Made by a program: the position numbers and the translations under genes. From an uncultured delta proteobacterium (GTDB lineage: Bacteria; Desulfobacterota; Binatia; Binatales; Binataceae): a stretch of DNA of 64,000 nt. The stretch is taken from the NCBI GenBank assembly GCA_963794325.1, contig CAWCDG010000008.1, forward strand, positions 1 through 64,000. Direction: 5' to 3'. Within the stretch, counting starts at the first letter, position 1. Every line of letters starts with the position of its first letter. The notes under the pieces are model-generated. The model was not told the DNA's origin, made no database searches, and saw only the letters and a program-made list of their open reading frames with translations. Shown piece by piece: positions 1 through 9,969 of the stretch.

Positions 1-1
1 A

Positions 2-408
2 CCGCGCCCGATCGTTCGATGGCTGAAACTGGCGCCCAAGCCCCATCTCGAAGGGATCAAGTGCGAGTGCGGAGCAATCTATCTCGATCCAAAACGCGTC
101 GCATGCTCGAAATGCGGCCAGAGAACAAGTTCAAGCCGGTGACCTTGTCCGACAAGGGCAAGGTGTACGTGTTCTCGGTGGTGCATCAGTCGTTCCCGGG
201 AATCAAGACGCCTTACGTGACGGCGATTGTCGATTTGCCCGAGGGCATCAGCGTCCGCGCGAATCTGACCGACGTCGATCCCGAGCAGGCGCAGAAAGAA
301 CCCAATAAGGTTTTCAATATGCCGGTCGAGTTGGTGACCGGCGTGGCGGCCAAGGATCGCGAAGGCCACGAGGTCGTGGCATTTTCGTACCGGCCAAGTA
401 AGAATTAG
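2..408 (+). CDS. DUF35 Zn-ribbon/OB-fold protein (thiolase partner), 5'-partial, apparent frameshift near 119
   Basis: Frame starting at 2 reads PRPIVRWLKLAPKPHLEGIKCECG...CSKCG (Zn ribbon), then shifts into ORF 19..408 with the OB-fold (GKVYVFSVVH...PYVTAIVDLPEG). Lies directly upstream of a thiolase. Confidence 0.8.
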   Translation, partial: APDRSMAETGAQAPSRRDQVRVRSNLSRSKTRRMLEMRPENKFKPVTLSDKGKVYVFSVVHQSFPGIKTPYVTAIVDLPEGISVRANLTDVDPEQAQKEPNKVFNMPVELVTGVAAKDREGHEVVAFSYRPSKN

Positions 409-479
409 GGTCCCAGCGAGGATCGAACAAACTTTACGACGGACCTGAGCTTCGGGCTGGGCCGCCAGGAGGAATCAAG

Positions 480-1640
480 ATGCGAAATGTTTATGTTCTC
501 GGAACTGGGATGATCAAATTCGGACGCTATCCCGAGAAGTCCGTTCCGGAACTTGGCGGCGCGGCGGCGCTCCTCGCGCTCAAGGATGCCGGGGTCGCGA
601 TCAAAGACGTCGAGATGTTCGCCTGGGGAAATCTCTACCAGTCCAACGCGATGGTCGGGCAGAGGATCCTGCAGCAGATCGGCCAGACCGGAATCCCGGT
701 AATCAACGTCTCGAACGCATGCGCCACCGGCTCGACCGCGTTTCGCGAGGCGTACATGTCGGTCGCGTCCGGGATGTACGACATCTCGATGGCGGTCGGC
801 GTCGAGCAGATGGGCAAGCAGGGATTGCTCGGCGGCGGCGGCGGCGGCGATCCGGCTTACTCGACCGAGGGCAAGCTCGGCTCGGGCCTGATGCCCGCGG
901 TTTTCGGCCAGGCGGGAATCGAGCATATGCGCAAGTACGGGACCAAGCTCGAGCACTTCGCGAAAATATCGGTGAAGTCGCATAAGCATGCGACCAAGAA
1001 TCCGTTCTCGCAGTATCGCAACGAAGTCTCGCTCGAAGACGTGATGAATGCGCGCATGGTCGCGTTTCCGAACACGCTCTATATGTGCTGCCCGACCGGT
1101 GACGGCGCGGCGGCTGCGATTCTCGTCAGCGAGGACAAGCTGAAACAGCTCGCCGGCGGACGCAAGCGCGCGAAGGTCGCGGCCTCGGTGCTCACCTCGG
1201 ATCCGTGGACCGATCGCACGCAGACGCTGCCCGACGTCAGCACGCTGACGCGGCGCGCGTCGAAACAGGCGTACGAGAAGGCCGGCATCGGGCCCAAGGA
1301 CATCGCGCTTACTGAATTGCATGACTGCTTCGCGACCGCGGAACTCGTGCATTACGAGAACCTCGGACTGTGCGGCGATGGCGAAGCCGGCAAGTTCATC
1401 GACTCGGGCGGCGGCGTTCATCCGAGCCTCGGCGGCCACGATCCGGTCAACGTGTCCGGCGGATTGCTCTCGAAGGGGCATCCTCTCGGCGCAACCGGCG
1501 TCGCGAATATCTGCGAAGTGGTCTGGCACCTGACGCAGGACGATCGCGCGAAAGATCGCCTCGTGCCCAACGCCAAGGCGGGTCAGGCCCATGTGATCGG
1601 GCTGGGCTCCGCCTGCACGATTCATATCCTGACGGTATAA
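480..1640 (+). CDS. Thiolase family protein (SCP2-thiolase-like)
   Basis: Motifs NACATG, ELHDCF, NVSGGLLSKGHPLGATG; AGGAGG RBS upstream. Confidence 0.9.
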   Translation: MRNVYVLGTGMIKFGRYPEKSVPELGGAAALLALKDAGVAIKDVEMFAWGNLYQSNAMVGQRILQQIGQTGIPVINVSNACATGSTAFREAYMSVASGMYDISMAVGVEQMGKQGLLGGGGGGDPAYSTEGKLGSGLMPAVFGQAGIEHMRKYGTKLEHFAKISVKSHKHATKNPFSQYRNEVSLEDVMNARMVAFPNTLYMCCPTGDGAAAAILVSEDKLKQLAGGRKRAKVAASVLTSDPWTDRTQTLPDVSTLTRRASKQAYEKAGIGPKDIALTELHDCFATAELVHYENLGLCGDGEAGKFIDSGGGVHPSLGGHDPVNVSGGLLSKGHPLGATGVANICEVVWHLTQDDRAKDRLVPNAKAGQAHVIGLGSACTIHILTV

Positions 1641-1673
1641 TTCAGGAACACGCCTAATCGGCACTTCGAGAGA

Positions 1674-1708
1674 GGGCCGCCCACACAGGCGGCCCTTTTT
1701 CCTTTTTT
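1674..1708 (+). terminator. Rho-independent terminator
   Basis: GGGCCGCC-cacaca-GGCGGCCC stem followed by T-tracts, after the thiolase stop. Confidence 0.75.
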
Positions 1709-1743
1709 CGTCCCGCGATGGGCCGATAAGTTTGACGGGATCG

Positions 1744-2655
1744 ATGCAGATGGCCAACGAAACAAGATCGACAGCTGAACGGCTCGGCTATGCGGCGGAT
1801 GCGCGCGTGCTCATCCTCAATGCCGACGATTTCGGGATGTGCCATGACCAGAACGAAGGCGTCATGACGGGATTGAAGGAGGGCGTCTTCACGTCATCGA
1901 CGATTCTGGTGACGTGCCCGTGGTTCGAAGAGGCAGCGGATTTTGCGCGAAATAATCCGGACGCCGACCTGGGCGTGCATCTCACGCTGACCGCCGAGTG
2001 GGACAGCTACAAGTGGGGACCGGTGTTGGGGCGTCGCGCGGTGCCGTCGCTGGTCGATGAGGGCGGATACCTGTGGCAGACCGTCGCGCAGGTTTACGAG
2101 CATGCGCGCCTCGATCAAGCCGAGGCGGAGTTGCGCGAGCAGATCGAGAAGGCGCTCGCGGCGGGAATCGACGTGACTCATCTCGATTCGCACATGGGCA
2201 CGCTGCAACTGCGTGCCGACTATCACGAGATTTACGCACGGCTGGCGGCAGAGTATCGCGTGCCGATCAGGCTCGCCTCGCGGCGCCGCATGGGGAGCGA
2301 AGGGATGGGCGCGATTCTCGCTCAGCTCGATGCGTCAGGAGTCGTCACTCCCGACCACCTCGTATTCAACGGACCGCCGATGGTCAGCGAGACCGAATCC
2401 TACTGGACGAATCTCATTCGCACGCTGAAGCCGGGCCTCACCGAGATTTTGTGTCATCCCGCAATCGCGCGCGACGAGCTCAGGACCTGCGCGCGCGACG
2501 CGATGCAGCGCGAAGCCGACTTCCAATACTTCACGTCAGACAAGCCGCGCCAGTTGATCAAGGACGAAGGCGTCGAGATGGTCGGCTTCCGCAAACTGCG
2601 CGATCTCATGCGCTCTCCAACTCCGGTTCCCCTTCCCACCATGGGAAGGGGTTAG
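1744..2655 (+). CDS. YdjC/ChbG family carbohydrate deacetylase
   Basis: Motifs NADDFG, LGVHLTL, THLDSHMG, EILCHP. The C-terminus and stop are supplied by a repeat element. Confidence 0.85.
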   Translation: MQMANETRSTAERLGYAADARVLILNADDFGMCHDQNEGVMTGLKEGVFTSSTILVTCPWFEEAADFARNNPDADLGVHLTLTAEWDSYKWGPVLGRRAVPSLVDEGGYLWQTVAQVYEHARLDQAEAELREQIEKALAAGIDVTHLDSHMGTLQLRADYHEIYARLAAEYRVPIRLASRRRMGSEGMGAILAQLDASGVVTPDHLVFNGPPMVSETESYWTNLIRTLKPGLTEILCHPAIARDELRTCARDAMQREADFQYFTSDKPRQLIKDEGVEMVGFRKLRDLMRSPTPVPLPTMGRG

Positions 2656-2663
2656 GGGTTAGG
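2623..2663 (+). repeat. REP-like palindrome family A, copy 1
   Basis: CCGGTTCCCCTTCCC-accat-GGGAAGGGG-TTAGGGGTTAGG; seven copies in the window. Confidence 0.85.
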
Positions 2664-2667
2664 TGAC

Positions 2668-3924
2668 TTGGAACTGACGCGACTCAGAGGATTTCGAGAC
2701 CTAATCGGCGCCGACGCGCGTGCGATGAGCCTTATCGAGGAGCGGGCGCGCGCGGTGTTCGAGCGCTACTCGATCAAAGAGATCAGAATCCCGGTGCTCG
2801 AGCGCACGCAACTCTATCAGCGCTCGACCGGCGAAACGTCGGACATCGTCGAGAAGCAGATGTACACCTTCACCGATCGCGACGAAGGCGAGACCGCCGT
2901 CGCGCTGCGGCCCGAAGGCACGCCGGGTGTCGTGCGCGCATATATCGAGGCCGGGCTCGATCGAACCGATCCCGAGCAGCGACTTTTCTATTCGGGTCCG
3001 ATGTTTCGTCGCGAGCGCCCGCAGAAAGGACGCTACCGCCAGTTCTTTCAATTCGGCGTCGAGGTATTCGGCCGGCCCGATGCGGCCTGCGACGCCGAGC
3101 TGCTGATTATGATCGACGACCTTTGTCGCGATCTCAAAGTTCCATTCACGATGGAGATCAATTCGATTGGCGATCAGAAGTGCCGGCCGGCGTTTCGCGA
3201 AGCACTCGTGCAATGGGGGCGGGCGCATTGGGACGAGCTCGATGACGACTGCCACAATCGGATCGACCGAAATCCGCTGCGGCTGCTCGACTGCAAGCGA
3301 GACGCGAAGGTTACCGAGTCGGCGCCCAACAGTCTCGATTACTTGTGCGACGAATGCCGCGCGCATTTCGAGACCGTCAAGGAATTGCTCAGCGCCGCAG
3401 GCGTGCAGTACGTGGTTAACCCGCGGATGGTGCGGGGGCTGGACTACTACACGCGCACCGCGTTCGAGGTAATGGCCGAGGGGCTCGGCGCGCAGAGCAC
3501 GGTGGTTGCGGGAGGCAGATACGACGGGTTGGTCGAGACGATGGGCGGTGCGGCAGTTGCCGGAATCGGTTTTGCGATTGGCGTCGATCGGATGGCGCTG
3601 GCTCTGGAAGCGGCTGGGGCGCTGCCGACTACCACGCCTGACGCGGCGATAATTTCTATGGGCGACGCGGCGGCGCGTCATGCAGTCGTCGTGGCGCGCA
3701 ATTTGCGCGCATCGAATCTGAGCGTCGAGATGCTCTCGCCGGAACGCAAGATGAAGACGCTGCTCGCGCGCGCGTCGAAAATCGGTGCGCGCTTCGCGGT
3801 GATTATCGGCGACGACGAGCTGGCGCGCGGGGTCGTGCAGTTGCGCGACTTGAAACAGAGCACGCAGCGCGAAGTTGCGGACGGCGAAGCGGCCCGCGCA
3901 ATCGCGGAGGCTCGCAACGAGTGA
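2668..3924 (+). CDS. hisS: Histidine--tRNA ligase
   Basis: LRPEGT, FRRERPQKGRYRQF, VRGLDYY, GGRYDGL. Confidence 0.97.
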   Translation: MELTRLRGFRDLIGADARAMSLIEERARAVFERYSIKEIRIPVLERTQLYQRSTGETSDIVEKQMYTFTDRDEGETAVALRPEGTPGVVRAYIEAGLDRTDPEQRLFYSGPMFRRERPQKGRYRQFFQFGVEVFGRPDAACDAELLIMIDDLCRDLKVPFTMEINSIGDQKCRPAFREALVQWGRAHWDELDDDCHNRIDRNPLRLLDCKRDAKVTESAPNSLDYLCDECRAHFETVKELLSAAGVQYVVNPRMVRGLDYYTRTAFEVMAEGLGAQSTVVAGGRYDGLVETMGGAAVAGIGFAIGVDRMALALEAAGALPTTTPDAAIISMGDAAARHAVVVARNLRASNLSVEMLSPERKMKTLLARASKIGARFAVIIGDDELARGVVQLRDLKQSTQREVADGEAARAIAEARNE

Positions 3925-3978
3925 CTGTTTCTTGCACTCGCGGGCAAAGATATTCTGTGACGACAATTGTGATGGGTG

Positions 3979-5775
3979 ATGCCGAAAACTGAACAATATT
4001 CTCCGCTGCCGCCGTGGGCTCGAACAGATTACTGCGGCGCTCTGCGCGCCACCGACGTGGGCCGCGAGGTTGCGCTGTGGGGATGGGTGCAGACGCGGCG
4101 CGATCATGGCGGACTTATCTTTATCGATCTGCGCGATCGCGACGGAATTGTGCAGCTGGTTTTGAATCCCGCGCACGATGCCAGTGCGCATGAGGCTGCC
4201 GGCGACGTGCGCTCCGAGTTCTACGTCGCGGTGAAGGGCAAGGTCGTCCGCCGTGCCGAGGGGACGGTCAACGTCGAACTGCCGACCGGCGAAATAGAAA
4301 TTGCGGTGAGCGCGTTCGAGGTTCTCAGCGCGTCGGCGCCGGTACCGTTTCAGATTGCCGACGGCGATGCGACCGCCGAGGAGATTCGGCTCAAGTACCG
4401 CTACCTGGATCTGCGCCGGCCGGAGATGCAGCGCAACCTTCGCCGACGGCATCAGGCGTTGCAGGCGGTGCGGAATCATCTCGATCAGAACGGGTTTATC
4501 GACGTCGAGACGCCGATTCTTTTCAAATCGACGCCTGAGGGCGCGCGCGATTACCTGGTGCCGAGCCGGGTCAACCCGGGAAAGTTTTACGCGCTGCCGC
4601 AATCGCCGCAGTTGTTGAAGCAAATTCTCATGATCGGCGGATTTGATCGCTATTATCAAATCGCGCGATGCTTCCGCGACGAGGATTTGCGCGCGAATCG
4701 GCAGCCTGAGTTCAGCCAGATTGATATCGAGATGACGTGCCCGCGGCCCGAGGATATACAATCGATCGCCGAGGGGATGATCGCGTCAATTTATCAGAGC
4801 GTGCTCGCGATCGACGTGAAGCCGCCGTTTCCGCGGATGCCTTATGCGGAAGCGATCGAGCGTTTCGGAATCGACAAGCCCGACCTGCGCTTTGCTATGG
4901 AGCTTAAAAATCTGACGAGCGCATTCGCAGGCACTTCGTTCAAGGTGTTTGCCGAAATTCTCGGGCGCGGCGAATCGGTGTACGGAATCGACGTCACCAG
5001 CGATCACACACTCAGTCGCCGCGAACTCGACGAGCTTACCGAATCGGTGAGGGTGCGCTATGCGATGGGTCTCGCGTGGATCAAAGTCGGCGAGGGCGGC
5101 AGTTGGCAGGGACCGATTGCAAAGTTCCTGAGCGACAGCGAGAAAGCTGCGGCTGCTGCCACGTCGGCTCTGAAAGCCGGCGACACGTTGTTGATGGTCG
5201 CGGGACCGCCCGACAAGGTGCGTCCGATTCTCGGCGATATCCGTTTGCAGCTCGCGGCGAAGTTCGGTCTCGACAAATCCGATGAACTCAAGTTTTTGTG
5301 GGTGGTCGATTTCCCGATGTTCGATTATAGCGCCGAGGACAAGCGCATGGTCTCGGTGAACCATCCGTTCACCGCGCCGAATCCCGACGACCTGGCGATG
5401 CTCGAGTCGGCGCCGCTCAAGGCTCGCGCGCTAGCCTACGACATGGTGCTCAACGGCCAGGAACTCGGTGGCGGATCGATTCGTATCCATAGCCGCGAGC
5501 TGCAATTGAAGGTATTTGAATTGTTGGGCCTGACGCGCGAAGAAGCGATCGATCGGTTCGGCTTTTTGCTCGATGCACTCAAGTACGGCGCACCGCCCCA
5601 CGGCGGAATTGCTTTTGGAGTCGATCGGATTTGTATGATGCTTTGCGGCACCGACTCGTTGCGCGACGTGATCGCATTTCCAAAGACGCAAAAGGCGGTT
5701 GACCCGATGAGCGGAGCACCGTCGGAAGTGGACGCGCGCCAGCTCAAGGAACTGTCGATAAAGGTGACCTCATGA
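3979..5775 (+). CDS. aspS: Aspartate--tRNA ligase (probably non-discriminating Asp/Asn type)
   Basis: RRDHGGLIFIDLRD, LPQSPQ, FRDEDLRANRQPEF, GGSIRIH, PPHGG. The His in RRDHGG is typical of non-discriminating AspRS. Confidence 0.97.
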   Translation: MPKTEQYSPLPPWARTDYCGALRATDVGREVALWGWVQTRRDHGGLIFIDLRDRDGIVQLVLNPAHDASAHEAAGDVRSEFYVAVKGKVVRRAEGTVNVELPTGEIEIAVSAFEVLSASAPVPFQIADGDATAEEIRLKYRYLDLRRPEMQRNLRRRHQALQAVRNHLDQNGFIDVETPILFKSTPEGARDYLVPSRVNPGKFYALPQSPQLLKQILMIGGFDRYYQIARCFRDEDLRANRQPEFSQIDIEMTCPRPEDIQSIAEGMIASIYQSVLAIDVKPPFPRMPYAEAIERFGIDKPDLRFAMELKNLTSAFAGTSFKVFAEILGRGESVYGIDVTSDHTLSRRELDELTESVRVRYAMGLAWIKVGEGGSWQGPIAKFLSDSEKAAAAATSALKAGDTLLMVAGPPDKVRPILGDIRLQLAAKFGLDKSDELKFLWVVDFPMFDYSAEDKRMVSVNHPFTAPNPDDLAMLESAPLKARALAYDMVLNGQELGGGSIRIHSRELQLKVFELLGLTREEAIDRFGFLLDALKYGAPPHGGIAFGVDRICMMLCGTDSLRDVIAFPKTQKAVDPMSGAPSEVDARQLKELSIKVTS

Positions 5776-6554
5776 ATTCCCGCTGGGCGGCCAAGTTGGC
5801 GCTCGTAGCCGCATCGCTGTGGCTGGCGTCCGGATGCACCACGATCGCGGCCGACGCGGTTAATTCGACGACCGGTGCGGTGAGCGACGCAATCAACCAG
5901 CGCGACGTGAAGGCGCATGCGGTCCGCTCGATCAAAACGATCACAATCAATCGGGTCGCCGTGATGCCGCTGGTGGACAATCCTGGCAGCGGCGAGCCGC
6001 TGGCTCCAGGAGCCGCCGAGGCGATTAGCGCCGAGATCTACAGCCAGGTCGCAGTAGCCGGTGGATGGGATCCGATTCCCGAACAGGACGTCACGGACGC
6101 GATGCAGAAATTGCCGCCGACCAACCTTGGCAATCTCGATGACAACGCGCTCAAACTCGGCCATGACGTGTCGGCCGACGGAGTACTCTACGGCTCGGTC
6201 GAAAGATACCAGGAACGGGTCGGGATGGATTACTCGGCGGCGAGCCCGGCGTCGGTGTCGTTCTCGTTGAAGTTCGTCGATCTGAAGAGCAAGCAAATCG
6301 TGTGGACGGCGAAGTTTGCGAAATCGCAGGCGGCGCTAAGCCAGAATCTTTTCGACCTCGCCAATTTCGTGCAACGCTCCGGACGTTGGGTGCGCGCGCA
6401 CGAGATCGCGCAGGAAGGAGTGAAGGAAGCGGTGGCTGATCTTCACGGCGATCTCAATCTGTCGGCAAACGTCAAGCGCTTCGAAACCGGTACCTACGGC
6501 GAACTCAAGTCGGGGCAGCAGCGGTACAATACCGGGCCGAACGGGATCTATTAG
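5772..6554 (+). CDS. Putative lipoprotein (CsgG/TolB-N/GNA1162-like fold)
   Basis: Lipobox LASGC; RVAVMP...DGVLYGSV...LKFVDLKSKQIVW pattern. Confidence 0.65.
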   Translation: MNSRWAAKLALVAASLWLASGCTTIAADAVNSTTGAVSDAINQRDVKAHAVRSIKTITINRVAVMPLVDNPGSGEPLAPGAAEAISAEIYSQVAVAGGWDPIPEQDVTDAMQKLPPTNLGNLDDNALKLGHDVSADGVLYGSVERYQERVGMDYSAASPASVSFSLKFVDLKSKQIVWTAKFAKSQAALSQNLFDLANFVQRSGRWVRAHEIAQEGVKEAVADLHGDLNLSANVKRFETGTYGELKSGQQRYNTGPNGIY

Positions 6555-6565
6555 AAGGGGGAGAG

Positions 6566-6635
6566 CACTTATTTAATGTGAAACCCTTCGCGGGTTTCAC
6601 GCTTCCGCGGCAGGGGTGACCCCTGCACCCAGTGA
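6566..6635 (+). repeat. Double-hairpin repeat family B, copy 1
   Basis: GTGAAACCC-N5-GGGTTTCAC plus a 28-bp core CGGCAGGGGTGACCCCTGCACCCAGTGA identical to 11142-11169. Confidence 0.8.
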
Positions 6636-6695
6636 AAAGAAACATGCGGGACTTCGTCCCTGTTAGAATTTAGTGAGGCGGAGGCTTCTTCGCGT

Positions 6696-6734
6696 CCGGT
6701 TCCCCTTCCCGTTCGGGAAGGGGTTAGGGGTTAG
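6696..6734 (+). repeat. REP-like palindrome family A, copy 2
   Basis: CCGGTTCCCCTTCCC-gttc-GGGAAGGGG-TTAGGGGTTAG. Confidence 0.85.
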
Positions 6735-6790
6735 AGCCTGCCCTGAGCAACGCCGAAGGGTTGCTGGCAAAGGTCGCGATGCAATGGGAT

Positions 6791-7897
6791 CTATGACCAA
6801 GGGGAAAGCGGTTTCATCTTTAGCGCTTGCGCGACGGCGGGATGTACCACATGGCCGTCGTAGGTGTTGACGCCGTGGCGGATGGCTGCATTTAGCAGGC
6901 CGGCTTCGAGGATGCCTTGATCTGCGATCTCCAGGGCGTAGGTCAGGGTTGCGTTGGTGAGCGCGTAAGTCGAAGTATGCGGGACCATCGCGGGCATGTT
7001 GGTGACGCAGTAGTGCACGACGCCGTTGCGAATGAAGGTTGGGCGCGCGTGCGTGGTCGGCGCGGAAGTTTCCGCGATTCCACCTTGATCGATCGATAGA
7101 TCCACGATCGCCGCGCCAGGACGCATCCGCGAGACCATCTTCGCGCTCAGCAGCCGCGGAGCGCGTGCGCCCGGCACCAACACCGCACCGATCACGAGAT
7201 CGCAGTTGGTAACTTCTTCTTCGAGCGTCGCGCGATTCGACATGACCGTCGTTACGCGCCCGCCGAGCAGGTCGCCAAGGTATCGCAGACGGGTCGGGTT
7301 GATATCCATGATTGTCACTTCGGCGCCGACTCCGGCAGCGACGCGGCATGCGTTCAATCCCGAGATTCCACCGCCGAGCACGACAACTTTGCCGGGACGG
7401 ACACCGGACGCTCCGCTGAGCAGCACGCCGCGTCCGCCGCTGCGCGCCTGCAGGCACCATGAGCCGGCCTGGATCGCGAGGCGTCCCGCAACTTCGCTCA
7501 TCGGCGCGAGCAGCGGCAGGCTCGAGTCTTCGAGCTGGATCGTTTCGTAACCGACTGCCGTCACGCGGCGTCGCAGCAACTCGCGCGACAGACGAGGGTC
7601 CGCGGCGAGATGCAGATAGGTGAAAAGTATCTGCCCGGGCCGCATCAGCGGGTATTCCGGCGGCTGCGGCTCTTTAACTTTTAAAATCATGTCGGCGCGG
7701 AGCCACACGCCGCTCGCGCCGTTCACGATCGATGCCCCCGCTTTGCGATAATCGCTGTCGGCAAATCCGCTGCCGACACCCGCGCCAGCCTGCACCGACA
7801 CGCGATGGCCGTGAGTGCGCAACGCGGCGACTCCGGCCGGAGTAAGCGATACGCGCTGCTCGTCGGATTTGATCTCAGTGGGGATGCCGACATTCAT
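6791..7897 (-). CDS. ald: Alanine dehydrogenase
   Basis: MNVGIPTEIK..EQRV, KVKEP, FTYLHLAA, PMSEVAGR, IDQGG, HYCVTNMP. Confidence 0.95.
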   Translation of the reverse strand: MNVGIPTEIKSDEQRVSLTPAGVAALRTHGHRVSVQAGAGVGSGFADSDYRKAGASIVNGASGVWLRADMILKVKEPQPPEYPLMRPGQILFTYLHLAADPRLSRELLRRRVTAVGYETIQLEDSSLPLLAPMSEVAGRLAIQAGSWCLQARSGGRGVLLSGASGVRPGKVVVLGGGISGLNACRVAAGVGAEVTIMDINPTRLRYLGDLLGGRVTTVMSNRATLEEEVTNCDLVIGAVLVPGARAPRLLSAKMVSRMRPGAAIVDLSIDQGGIAETSAPTTHARPTFIRNGVVHYCVTNMPAMVPHTSTYALTNATLTYALEIADQGILEAGLLNAAIRHGVNTYDGHVVHPAVAQALKMKPLSPWS

Positions 7898-8150
7898 GCT
7901 CGATGGTTCCTCCGCGCGCATCGACGATACGGTGCGGGGTCATGCGCTGGCAATCGCGGCGGCTGAACGCATTAACGCCATCGACGCGCGACAGTCAAGA
8001 GTCATCGGTGTGAACGATCCGCGGCGGGGTGCGAATCGGAACTTGACAAAACTCGCGCCGCTGCGCTTCATGAAGATTGGATGGATCGCGATTCGAACGG
8101 GGCGCGCGCCGGACCTGAAATGCGCGCCGCTCGCGATCTACGGAGGAATC

Positions 8151-8540
8151 ATGGAGATCCCGCAGGGACTCAAATATTCGAAAGAGCATGAATGGGTCGC
8201 GACTGAAGATACGGTTGCGACCATTGGAATCACCGATCATGCGCAAGACCAGTTGGGCGAGATTGTGTATATCGAATTGCCCGCAGTCGGCGACAAGGTC
8301 AGCAAGGACGATCCGTTCGGCGTCGTCGAGTCGGTCAAAGCGGTGTCGGATATCTACGCGCCCGTCACCGGCACCGTGATCGAGATCAACGAGGACCTAC
8401 CCGAGAGCCCCGAGACCGTCAACGAGGATCCATACGGCGACGGATGGCTGATCAAGGTGAAGATTACCGACATGACCGATCTCGAAGATCTGATGGACGC
8501 CGACGAATACACCGAACTGCTCGCGCGCGAGAAGGAATAG
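8151..8540 (+). CDS. gcvH: Glycine cleavage H protein (lipoyl carrier)
   Basis: YSKEHEW, GITDHAQDQLG, VESVKAVSD (lipoyl Lys), NEDPYGDGWL; GGAGG RBS before ATG 8151. Confidence 0.95.
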   Translation: MEIPQGLKYSKEHEWVATEDTVATIGITDHAQDQLGEIVYIELPAVGDKVSKDDPFGVVESVKAVSDIYAPVTGTVIEINEDLPESPETVNEDPYGDGWLIKVKITDMTDLEDLMDADEYTELLAREKE

Positions 8541-8575
8541 CCGCGGCGACGACGATTCAGGCCGGCAGCCCGAGC

Positions 8576-9898
8576 TCAAGCGGCCTTTGATACCGAGAGT
8601 CTGATCTTGCCGGCGCCGGTGGGCGGATCGATGAACACCATCAGGAACGGAGCCGATGCGTCGGGGTCCATCGCAAAGGTCCTGGGCGGACTGAGCGCCT
8701 GAGAAAATTCGATCTCGCGCGGCGTCATCTCACCGAGCATCTGGGGCGAAAGCTCATTGCCGCAATACACGCTTTGGCTGGCGACGGGATGGGGGCTCGC
8801 TCCGAGCAAATCCGCACCGATTCCCACCAGGTGCAGCGGGCGCGCGCCGACATTCTGCGCATTTCCGGTGATCACGAGCGCGACATGCCCGCCCTTGAGC
8901 GTGTAATACTCAGAACGCACATCATGCAGCGTCACCAGCATCGCGGGTACAATTGGCCGCGCGAAGTAATCACCGATTTGCGGAGCCCCGCTGAGAACGC
9001 GCGCGCTGGCGGCGGGCTCGTCGCAAATGAGTGCGCTTGCGCCGAGGAAAGCGATCGCCACAAAGAGGAACAGCGCGAGAAAAGCCCCCGACGCATGAGT
9101 CGCTCCGGTAAACTCCGATTCGGCGCGGTCCTCGTCGTCAGCGAGGCCGAGATGGAAGCCGCTGGATTTCTCTTGCGCGGGCGCCGGTGCGTATCGAGGG
9201 GCTTCGGCTTCGAGAGGAGCAGCCATGCGACGCACCTGGGTGCGGGTCGGTCGCGGAGCCGGCTCATCGTCATCCATCATGGTCGGGGCTTGGCGGCCAA
9301 GCGGGCGATCGAACTCGTCGTCAGGGGACTCGCCGACCTGCCATCCACCGTCGTGAGAATCGGGGCGATCGATTTCGTGATCCGGCGGCGCGTCCGCGAC
9401 TTCACTGCGCTCGTCGCTGAAATCGAATCTCAGATTTTCTCCGGTATCGGCTTTCGGTTCGCGGTCTCCGAAGCTGCGATTGAGCGGATCGTCGGATTGC
9501 GGTTCCTGCCGGATTTTCTCGTTTCGACTCTCGGGCTGATCGGGCGCTGCCACTGGAGTCGGGCGCTCGACCGGCTTTTGCTGCTCGGGCTCCGATGGTT
9601 GGGCGCGAACTTCCGGCCTGGGCGTAACGGTCGATCGGGACTCGGCACGCTTGACGACGTCGCTTTCTACGGGGGACTTGAGTCCGCTCGGGCGGGGGCG
9701 CGCGGGACGGATCGTGCGCGGCGCCTGCGATTCACTCTCGGCCGCTGGGGGAGCGGGTTTGCGCACTTTCGCGGATACCGGGTCGGCGTTGAATACGTGG
9801 CCGCATCGCGAGCACTTGAAGGTTGGTGTATCGTCGGGCAGGACCCGCTCGTCAATTCGATAACGGGTGTGGCAACTGGTGCATTGAATTTCGATCAT
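8576..9898 (-). CDS. MJ0042-type zinc-ribbon / DUF3426-like membrane protein
   Basis: N-terminal CTSCHTRYRI...CSRCGHVF, long disordered linker, one TM helix, C-terminal beta domain. Confidence 0.75.
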   Translation of the reverse strand: MIEIQCTSCHTRYRIDERVLPDDTPTFKCSRCGHVFNADPVSAKVRKPAPPAAESESQAPRTIRPARPRPSGLKSPVESDVVKRAESRSTVTPRPEVRAQPSEPEQQKPVERPTPVAAPDQPESRNEKIRQEPQSDDPLNRSFGDREPKADTGENLRFDFSDERSEVADAPPDHEIDRPDSHDGGWQVGESPDDEFDRPLGRQAPTMMDDDEPAPRPTRTQVRRMAAPLEAEAPRYAPAPAQEKSSGFHLGLADDEDRAESEFTGATHASGAFLALFLFVAIAFLGASALICDEPAASARVLSGAPQIGDYFARPIVPAMLVTLHDVRSEYYTLKGGHVALVITGNAQNVGARPLHLVGIGADLLGASPHPVASQSVYCGNELSPQMLGEMTPREIEFSQALSPPRTFAMDPDASAPFLMVFIDPPTGAGKIRLSVSKAA

Positions 9899-9969
9899 CT
9901 CCCCACCTCGCATCCCGCGCAGAAAATTATCATACGGCAAACGGTCGCGCATCCGCGGAGCGTCGCACG

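Noticed and set aside
2701-4761. Long antisense ORFs (686 aa here; also 405..1757, 26834..28081, 35690..37246, 43096..44733)
   Set aside because: Shadow ORFs opposite well-conserved genes, expected from high-GC codon bias.
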